Source: a bacterium BMS3Abin15
Lineage (GTDB): Bacteria; Patescibacteriota; Minisyncoccia; Moranbacterales; 2-12-FULL-40-10
Reading direction: 5' to 3'
DNA length: 64,000 nt
Assembly: GCA_002923195.1 (NCBI GenBank)
Contig: BDTH01000035.1
Coordinates: 1,146 to 65,145 of the forward strand
Part shown: positions 57,427 to 64,000 of the stretch, piece by piece
Layout of the letters: each line of letters starts with the position of its first letter
How positions within the stretch are numbered: position 1 is the stretch's first letter
Position numbers and translations under genes: made by a program
Notes under the pieces: model-generated
Told to the model about the DNA's origin: nothing
The model's database searches: none
What the model saw: the letters and a program-made list of their open reading frames with translations, nothing else

Positions 57427-57543
57427 TTAAAACCTCCTTTTTAAAACAAGGTACGATGCTACAGACTAGTATAAAATTCGTGATTTGTCAATAATGCATA
57501 TCGTCCTACATCCTTAGCAAATATTGTGTCAGTAATTATGTAA

Positions 57544-59325
57544 TTATTTTCTTTTCGCTTTTTTTCTTTCTATTTCAGTCAGAAGTTGCTTGCGAAGTCT
57601 TACGCTGGTCGGAGTTATTTCCAAATATTCATCCTCGGACATGATTTCCATTCCTCTTTCGATCGTAAGCTCAAGAGGAGGAGTAAGTTGAATTGCGTCA
57701 TCAGATCCTGAAGCACGCATATTAGTAAGCTGTTTTCCTTTGATTGGATTTACTGCCATATCATTTCCTTTAGAGGAATTTCCAATTACCATCCCTTCAT
57801 ATACCTCAACTGCCGGCTCTATATATAACATTCCGCGTTCCTGAAGATTACACAGTGAAAAACCAAGAGCCTTTCCTGACATCATTGAAATCATCGACCC
57901 TACGTCGCGCTTATTGATTTTACCAACATGCCCTTTGTATCCTATAACCCTAGAGCAGAGAATTCCTTCTCCTTTAGTATCAACAATGAATTCTCCCCGA
58001 TATCCTAGAAGACCGCGAGTAGGAATCTCAAAAATCATTCTTGTCTGATTTCCATTATTTTCCATGTTTATCATGCTACCCTTTCTTTTTCCCATTTTTT
58101 CAATAACTGCTCCCGAGAGAGATTCCGGAACATCAATAGTCACCTCTTCAAAAGGTTCAGACTTTTTACCGTCTATTTCTTTCATGATGACTTGCGGCTG
58201 AGAAACCTGAATTTCGTATCCTTCCCGCCTCATATTCTCAAGCAATATTGAAACGTGGAGCTCCCCGCGCCCATAAACTTTATAGGAATCGGATGAAAAG
58301 TCTATTCTTAGCCCAACGTTCACCTCCATCTCCTTTTCCAGACGCTCTCGTAGTTCCTTATTAGTAACGAATTTTCCTTCACGTCCGGCAAACGGAGAAC
58401 TATTAACCATAAAATTCAAGGATATAGTCGGCTCATCTACAGAAATTGCCGGAAGAGCTTCCTGTTCTTCATTTTCGCAAAGGGTTTCTCCAATATCAAT
58501 TCCGGGAAAACCGGAAATCATGGCAATGTCTCCTGCGTATGCTTCTTCTACTTCATTCCTCTTGATACCTTTAAAAGTAAACAGTTTTGTTGCTTTTCCG
58601 GTTTTTGATTTTCCATCCAATTTCTTGATAACAAGAGTATCACCCATTTTAACAGTTCCTTCATAAATTCTTCCGATGGCCAGCCGGCCAAGAAAATTAT
58701 CATAACCCAGGTTGAATGGCTGGAATCGAAATGCATTTTCTATTTTAGCTTCAGCTGGCTTAACTTTCAGAAGTATCATGTCCAGAAGAGGAGTGAGATC
58801 GCTAGAATCATCGTCCAGATGTTCCTTAGCTATACCTTCTTTTCCTATAGAGTATATTGTCGTGAAATCCAGTTGTTCGTCGGTTGCTCCCAAATCAAGG
58901 AATAGCTCAAAAACCTTTTCCTGAGCCATGTCAGGATCGGCTGCCGGCTTATCAATTTTATTGATGACCACGATAGGTTTTAATCCTAATTCCAAGGATT
59001 TTTTAAGAACGAACCTTGTCTGAGGCATCGGTCCTTCCTGAGCGTCCACTATTAAAAGTACGTTATCAATGGAGCGTAACACACGCTCTACCTCCGATCC
59101 GAAATCGGCGTGTCCCGGAGTGTCTACTATATTTATTTTCGTTCCGCGATAAAGAACCGATGTATTTTTTGAATAAATCGTAATTCCACGCTCTTTTTCC
59201 AGGGTATCGGAATCCATACTGGCTCCTTCATTTTCTAATGCGCCAGTTTGTTTCATAATGGCATCCGTCAGAGCGGTCTTGCCATGATCCACATGAGCTA
59301 TGATAGCGATGTTTCGTATCTCCAT
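57544..59325 (-). CDS. typA: translational GTPase TypA/BipA
   Basis: IRNIAIIAHVDHGKTALTD, DTPGHADF, NKID. ~593 aa. Start set at MEIRN (ATG 59325). Confidence 0.9.
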   Translation of the reverse strand: MEIRNIAIIAHVDHGKTALTDAIMKQTGALENEGASMDSDTLEKERGITIYSKNTSVLYRGTKINIVDTPGHADFGSEVERVLRSIDNVLLIVDAQEGPMPQTRFVLKKSLELGLKPIVVINKIDKPAADPDMAQEKVFELFLDLGATDEQLDFTTIYSIGKEGIAKEHLDDDSSDLTPLLDMILLKVKPAEAKIENAFRFQPFNLGYDNFLGRLAIGRIYEGTVKMGDTLVIKKLDGKSKTGKATKLFTFKGIKRNEVEEAYAGDIAMISGFPGIDIGETLCENEEQEALPAISVDEPTISLNFMVNSSPFAGREGKFVTNKELRERLEKEMEVNVGLRIDFSSDSYKVYGRGELHVSILLENMRREGYEIQVSQPQVIMKEIDGKKSEPFEEVTIDVPESLSGAVIEKMGKRKGSMINMENNGNQTRMIFEIPTRGLLGYRGEFIVDTKGEGILCSRVIGYKGHVGKINKRDVGSMISMMSGKALGFSLCNLQERGMLYIEPAVEVYEGMVIGNSSKGNDMAVNPIKGKQLTNMRASGSDDAIQLTPPLELTIERGMEIMSEDEYLEITPTSVRLRKQLLTEIERKKAKRK

Positions 59326-59328
59326 ACA

Positions 59329-59625
59329 CCCCCACACCAATTATGTTTGGGAAGAGTTATTCCAAACTTTCTTGGATGCGTTTCATTAATTGGGCAAATG
59401 CCCTACTTCTTAATTTTAAATTATGTTCTCTTTTACGAGCATCTTTTTCTGATTTATACGACTCGTAATATACTAAATTAAATGGTTTTCTTAGTTTGGT
59501 AGAGTAAATTTTTCCAGAATTATGCATTTCCAAGCGTTTCCTAAGATTATTAGTAGATCCTATGTACATTTTGCTATCTTTTTTACTTTTAAGAATATAC
59601 AAATAAAACATGATTGGTGTGGGGG
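59329..59625. mobile_element. GIY-YIG gene cassette bounded by 13-14 bp perfect inverted repeats
   Basis: CCCCCACACCAATT at 59329-59342 and ATTGGTGTGGGGG at 59613-59625 enclose only the 84-aa GIY-YIG ORF. The same IR pair occurs at 45601/45701. Confidence 0.55.
59357..59611 (-). CDS. stand-alone GIY-YIG nuclease-domain protein, 84 aa
   Basis: FYLYILKS...MYIGSTNNLRKRLEMHN...REHNLK. Confidence 0.8.
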   Translation of the reverse strand: MFYLYILKSKKDSKMYIGSTNNLRKRLEMHNSGKIYSTKLRKPFNLVYYESYKSEKDARKREHNLKLRSRAFAQLMKRIQESLE

Positions 59626-59767
59626 TAAAAAAAACTGCTGCTATGCAACAGAATCAAGTTACTTGTAGAATTATAGGCAATAAAGCAGTAAGTGTCAATT
59701 GATTATTGGATTATATCGCTCCACTTTGTGGCTATCTGATTTTGGAGGAGAATCTGTTTGATAATCA

Positions 59768-60730
59768 TTATTTTTCTTCTGCAATCTTATTCAAAATCTT
59801 TTTTACTTTTTCTAAACTATCCCAATCATGAATGGAAATGGTAACGATTTCTTTTTTCAGTTTTTTGAGGGATTCGATTTTTTTCGCAAGCTCTTCAGAA
59901 GAAACCAAATCGGTTTTGCTAATCAGAATATATTCTGGCTTTTTCAAAAGTTCAGCGTTATGGGTACCGAGTTCTTTGCGGATTATTTCATAATCAGCAA
60001 GAAGATTATCAGATTCAGCGGAAAGCAAATGTAAAAGCACCTTGGTTCTCTCTATGTGCTTGAGAAATTTTATCCCTAGGCCTTTTCCTCCGGAAGCACC
60101 TTCAATAAGTCCTGGAATATCAGCCAGGATTAGACCATAATATACTCCTAAGTTTGGCTCAAGTGTTGTAAACTGATAATTGGCCACTTTAACACTGGCA
60201 TTAGTGAGCTCATTAAGAAGGCTCGATTTTCCGACATTGGGGAGACCGACAAAACCAACGTCAGCAATCATCTTTAATTCCAGATGCATATCAAAACTTT
60301 CGCCAAGAAAACCTTCTTGAAATTGCTTAGGCGAAGTATTGCGTGCGCTACGAAACAAAAAATTTCCTCTTCCTCCTTTTCCTCCCTTAGCGATTAAGAT
60401 TCTTTCTCCAACTTTTATTATCTCATTGGACTCGCTCGTAGTTAAATTATGAATAACTGTGCCAACGGGCATTTTTAAGATAAGGTCCTTTCCATTAGAG
60501 CCATTGAGAATTTTTTCCCGGCCATCGCGTCCATTATCACCACAGAATTCTTTTTTGAAACGAAACTGTCCAAGTGCTCCCAAATCGGAAATGCCTTCCG
60601 TCCAGATACTAGCGCCTTTCCCGCCGCTTCCTCCAGTCGGCCCTAGTTCCATTTTGTTCTTGTTGAAATTAACCGCTCCTGTACCGCCCTTTCCCGCCGT
60701 CATTTTGACTTTTACGTCATCTATAAGCAT
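59768..60730 (-). CDS. obg: GTPase Obg/CgtA
   Basis: Gly-rich Obg fold (GKGGTGAVNF...GGSGGKGASIW), G-domain [24 protein letters not shown]. Confidence 0.9.
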   Translation of the reverse strand: MLIDDVKVKMTAGKGGTGAVNFNKNKMELGPTGGSGGKGASIWTEGISDLGALGQFRFKKEFCGDNGRDGREKILNGSNGKDLILKMPVGTVIHNLTTSESNEIIKVGERILIAKGGKGGRGNFLFRSARNTSPKQFQEGFLGESFDMHLELKMIADVGFVGLPNVGKSSLLNELTNASVKVANYQFTTLEPNLGVYYGLILADIPGLIEGASGGKGLGIKFLKHIERTKVLLHLLSAESDNLLADYEIIRKELGTHNAELLKKPEYILISKTDLVSSEELAKKIESLKKLKKEIVTISIHDWDSLEKVKKILNKIAEEK

Positions 60731-60906
60731 ACTTGTTTAAAAATTTTATAATTTATAGTTCTGTTATCTTGCCATACTTTAAGCGGAATGTAAATAATTT
60801 AAAGTGAAAAAGTCAAATAAAAACACCTAAGATGGTGTTTGTTATCAAATAGTTTGTGCAGGAGCTTGCTTCTGCACTCTTGTCCGCCTTGGTGAGGCGA
60901 ACAACG

Positions 60907-61287
60907 CTAATAACTATATCTAAGCTTTATGTACCAGGCTAATGATAAAATAAGTCCTGAAACACAAATTATATTCCAGACTAAAAGCCACCATGGTATC
61001 CAGTATGCGCCTGTCCCTATTTCAATAAAATCAGTGATGCTAAAAAGTATTAAAATCAAAGAAGTGAACAGCGCTAGTCTTTTGTATTTATGAGGTGTAG
61101 CTTTTAACAAAGTCAACACAAACACTCCAAGAGTCAACCAGTAAATTCCCTCAATAAAATTAAAAGTTTTAGAATCTAATTCAAATAAAAGCAAAACTGC
61201 TGTCAAAACAAAAATGAAAAAAACAGCTATCATGAAATTTCTAATACCGTAATCTTTTAAGAGAATGCTTAGTTTTCTAGTCATCAA
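60907..61287 (-). CDS. hypothetical 4-TM membrane protein
   Basis: Four hydrophobic helices. No family recognised. Confidence 0.45.
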   Translation of the reverse strand: MMTRKLSILLKDYGIRNFMIAVFFIFVLTAVLLLFELDSKTFNFIEGIYWLTLGVFVLTLLKATPHKYKRLALFTSLILILFSITDFIEIGTGAYWIPWWLLVWNIICVSGLILSLAWYIKLRYSY

Positions 61288-61327
61288 GAGTTTATTAATA
61301 ATTTAATCCTACCACAAAAAAAATAAG

Positions 61328-62587
61328 CTACAGCAATGGTTGGTATTTTTTCTTGATTTCCTCAAAATCTCTCATTTTTTCCTCCTCCAGTGGAGCACCT
61401 TTTGGAAGTTTCAGGCTTAGCGGGTTTACAGCAACGCCATTAAGCTTTATCCCATAATCAAGGTGTGGCCCAGTTGACCAACCAGTGGAACCTACATATC
61501 CAATTACTTGGCCTTGATTAACACTTGCTCCTGAGCTAACTCCTTTGGCGAAACTGCTTAAGTGAGCATAATGAGTTGTGTAGCTATTGTCATGACGGAG
61601 GCGGACGATATAGCCCCAGCCACCTTCCCATCCAGCACTGGCGATAATTCCACTAGCAGTTGAAATAACTGGTGTCCCTATTGGTGCCACATAGTCGATC
61701 TGATAGTGGGCAGAAATTCTTCTAGTAATCGGATGTAGGCGCGTTCCGGTGAATCCAGAGCTGATGCGACGATAGCTCAAAGGAGCTCTTAGGAATTGGC
61801 GCTCTAGTAGCCGCCCTTCAGTATCATAATATCCATCTTTACCATCGTTTTCAAAATAATAGGCGTAATAGGCAACTCCTTCGTTAATAAATTTTGTAGC
61901 CAAAATTACTCCATCTGGCGCTTGTTTTCCATCGCGCATTCGTTTTTCATAGATAACGCTGAATTCATCATCTACTTGGATTTCGGTAGTGAAGTCTATA
62001 TCAAATGAAAAAATATCTCCAACTTCCAAGACTGTCGCTTCAGAAAGTCCCGCCTCCTGAGCATCAACATAGAAAAAATTATTTATTTTGCCACACGCTA
62101 TTTCTTGTGAAACTTCATAAGCAATTTTTTCCTCTCTTACGCTAAATTCTTCTCTCTTCCGCTCCACAATAATCATTCTTTCTGTGTCCCGATCGTATTC
62201 CATTTTTTTAGCCTTGCTTTCCCCGTTAAAATAGAAACGCAATTCCCGTCCAATTTTTAAGTTGGAGAGGTCATATACATTTTCCGCTGCAGCAATAATT
62301 TTCTCTGTATCATTGGCATCAAACTTTCCGTATTCGCTGAAAATATCGGCTGGAATATCGCCCTCGGAAACTTCATATTTCACGTCAGCGGCAACAGACG
62401 AAGCGTGCACAGACTCTTCCTTGCCTTCTCGCTGATTTTCTATGGTTACTTTCTCTCCCGAATCAAAAAAGATAATAAAAGCAAAATAAAGAAAAACTAG
62501 AAAAACAATTCCGGCAATAAACTTGTTTTTCTTAGAACTTCCTTCATTGTTTTTATTAATATTTCTTCCGGTCATTAATCTGTCCAT
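61328..62587 (-). CDS. M23-family peptidoglycan metalloendopeptidase, membrane anchored
   Basis: HYAHLS...GYVGSTGWSTGPHLDY (HxxxD / HxH-type M23 motifs). N-terminal TM helix. Confidence 0.85.
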   Translation of the reverse strand: MDRLMTGRNINKNNEGSSKKNKFIAGIVFLVFLYFAFIIFFDSGEKVTIENQREGKEESVHASSVAADVKYEVSEGDIPADIFSEYGKFDANDTEKIIAAAENVYDLSNLKIGRELRFYFNGESKAKKMEYDRDTERMIIVERKREEFSVREEKIAYEVSQEIACGKINNFFYVDAQEAGLSEATVLEVGDIFSFDIDFTTEIQVDDEFSVIYEKRMRDGKQAPDGVILATKFINEGVAYYAYYFENDGKDGYYDTEGRLLERQFLRAPLSYRRISSGFTGTRLHPITRRISAHYQIDYVAPIGTPVISTASGIIASAGWEGGWGYIVRLRHDNSYTTHYAHLSSFAKGVSSGASVNQGQVIGYVGSTGWSTGPHLDYGIKLNGVAVNPLSLKLPKGAPLEEEKMRDFEEIKKKYQPLL

Positions 62588-62725
62588 ACAGTGAGCAATT
62601 ATATCATACTTAATAAGAAAAATGGCAATATGTGTGATTTTAATAATTAAGCCATAAAAAATAAGGCTATTGAAGCCTTAAATTATTTAGTTTACACTGA
62701 ATTTGTCGAAGTGCTCCCCCTATTG

Positions 62726-62745
62726 CCTGCCTGCCGGCAGGCAGG
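62726..62745. repeat. perfect 20-nt GC-rich palindrome cctgcctgccggcaggcagg
   Basis: Self-complementary. Sits in the AT-rich divergent intergenic region. Arms resemble the cctgcc/ggcagg arms of the other GC elements. Confidence 0.6.
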
Positions 62746-62979
62746 GATATGTTCAGAACTTTTGATTGGAATATTATAGAAAAGGAATGGATAAAATTGA
62801 AGTATCATTAAACTTTTATGCAGTTCTATGAAATATCCTACTCTGGTATATAAAAAGATATACTACTAATAATTCCATAATTGACAAGGTTGAGATACTA
62901 TGCCATACTTGATTTTTGTGTTAATACTTCTCTTAGTATCTAAACATGAAATGGTTATTAATTTTTATGTTTGGATATA

Positions 62980-64000
62980 ATGTATAACAAATCTAGGGCG
63001 CGCCAGTCGCGTAAAAATGGTAGTTGGAAAAAAAAGTCTTATAGTAATTCTCGATCCAGAGGGAAAAAATTCTCTGGTGATTCAATCGATATTAAACGTT
63101 TTATTAATAAGGCGGAGATTGCGAAACCCGGTGAAGTCTTTAAGCCTCAATATACCTTTAACGAACTGGGGGTGCATACTGTGCTAAAACGAGCCATTGC
63201 CAATCGTGGGTTTATTACACCTACACCTATTCAAGATGAGGCTATTCCCGCTATTCTTAAGGGAAATGATGTTATTGGTTTAGCCGCTACCGGCACAGGC
63301 AAAACGGCCGCCTTTTTGATACCATTGATTCATAAAATACTAACCAATCCCAAGGAAAAGGTCTTAGTTGTTGTTCCCGTAAGAGAATTAGCCATTCAAA
63401 TACAAGAAGAATTTGTGGCTCTGGGAAAAAGAATGCATATTTCTTCTGTAGTTGTTGTTGGTGGCGCTAATATTCAAAGACAGATCAGAGAATTACGATC
63501 ACAACATAATATTGTAATAGGGACACCGGGAAGATTAAAGGATTTGCTTAATCGTAAATTTCTTAATTTATCTGGATTTAATAATGTGGTCTTAGATGAG
63601 GCTGATCGAATGCTTGATATGGGATTCATTAATGACATTAAATTATTACTGTCACTGGTAGCAAAAAAGAGACAGATTCTACTATTCTCAGCTACGTTCC
63701 CTAAGGAGATTGAAAATTTGGTTAAGAATTTTTTAGTTAATCCCCAACGTATTTCCCTTAAAACTAGAGAAACCTCTGGACAAGTCGATCAGGACATTGT
63801 CCGGGTAGTCGGTAATAAAAACAAAGTAGATGTCCTTCATGATGTTCTTATCCAGACTAAATTTAAAAAAGCTTTAATATTCTCTCGCACTAAGCATGGC
63901 GCCGATAAACTTTCCAAAAAATTATACGATAAAGGATTTAAGTCAGCAGCTATTCATGGTAATAAATCTCACAATAAACGACAGAAAGCCTTGAAGATGT
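62980..64000 (+). CDS. DEAD-box RNA helicase (3' end outside window; ORF absent from the track because it has no stop in the window)
   Basis: Q-motif GFITPTPIQ, motif I AATGTGKTAAF, motif II VLDEADRMLDMGF, SAT. Basic N-terminal tail. Confidence 0.9.
   Translation, partial: MYNKSRARQSRKNGSWKKKSYSNSRSRGKKFSGDSIDIKRFINKAEIAKPGEVFKPQYTFNELGVHTVLKRAIANRGFITPTPIQDEAIPAILKGNDVIGLAATGTGKTAAFLIPLIHKILTNPKEKVLVVVPVRELAIQIQEEFVALGKRMHISSVVVVGGANIQRQIRELRSQHNIVIGTPGRLKDLLNRKFLNLSGFNNVVLDEADRMLDMGFINDIKLLLSLVAKKRQILLFSATFPKEIENLVKNFLVNPQRISLKTRETSGQVDQDIVRVVGNKNKVDVLHDVLIQTKFKKALIFSRTKHGADKLSKKLYDKGFKSAAIHGNKSHNKRQKALKM

Overview
AT-rich bacterial fragment. Gene content and style look like Candidate Phyla Radiation / Patescibacteria (inference only, no search run): streamlined housekeeping genes mostly on the minus strand, a type IV pilus cluster, stand-alone GIY-YIG genes, and insert-laden conserved proteins. 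Main blocks in order: valS (5' truncated), a PrsW-like protease, Hsp20, a VanW protein, and a 4-tRNA cluster with degenerate tRNA debris. Then a pilMNO / pilins / pilC / pilB cluster with a two-component pair, and groEL with a CIRCE-like operator but no groES. The stand-out locus is at 19.2-21.8 kb: a complete diversity-generating retroelement (DGR). It has a reverse transcriptase with the LGNLTSQ/YADD signature, an Avd-like four-helix-bundle gene, and a TR/VR repeat pair whose mismatches are almost all at TR adenines. VR forms the C-terminus of a 220-aa ORF. The DGR has three odd features. The avd gene lies antisense between TR and RT. A C9 homopolymer frameshifts avd just after its likely ATG. 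A promoter-like module is shared between the target gene and a neighbouring PaaX-like regulator. Downstream come ychF, a CNNM/CBS protein, PMM/PGM, trpS, a small GC-elevated cassette, HU, RNase J, PGI/PMI, manC, an SBP, secG, smpB, a GIY-YIG gene, tmRNA and infC-rpmI-rplT. After those are envelope and membrane genes, a P-type ATPase, cspA, typA, a second GIY-YIG gene, obg, an M23 peptidase and a 3'-truncated DEAD-box helicase. A second theme is several families of short GC-rich palindromic or inverted-repeat elements in this AT-rich background. Some sit in frame inside conserved genes (ychF, a SpoU/TrmH methyltransferase) and inside the tmRNA tag region. One GIY-YIG gene is bracketed by perfect 13-14 bp inverted repeats, and an ORF-less copy of those repeats occurs elsewhere. 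All calls come from reading the sequence and ORF translations by eye; no database search or folding was run.
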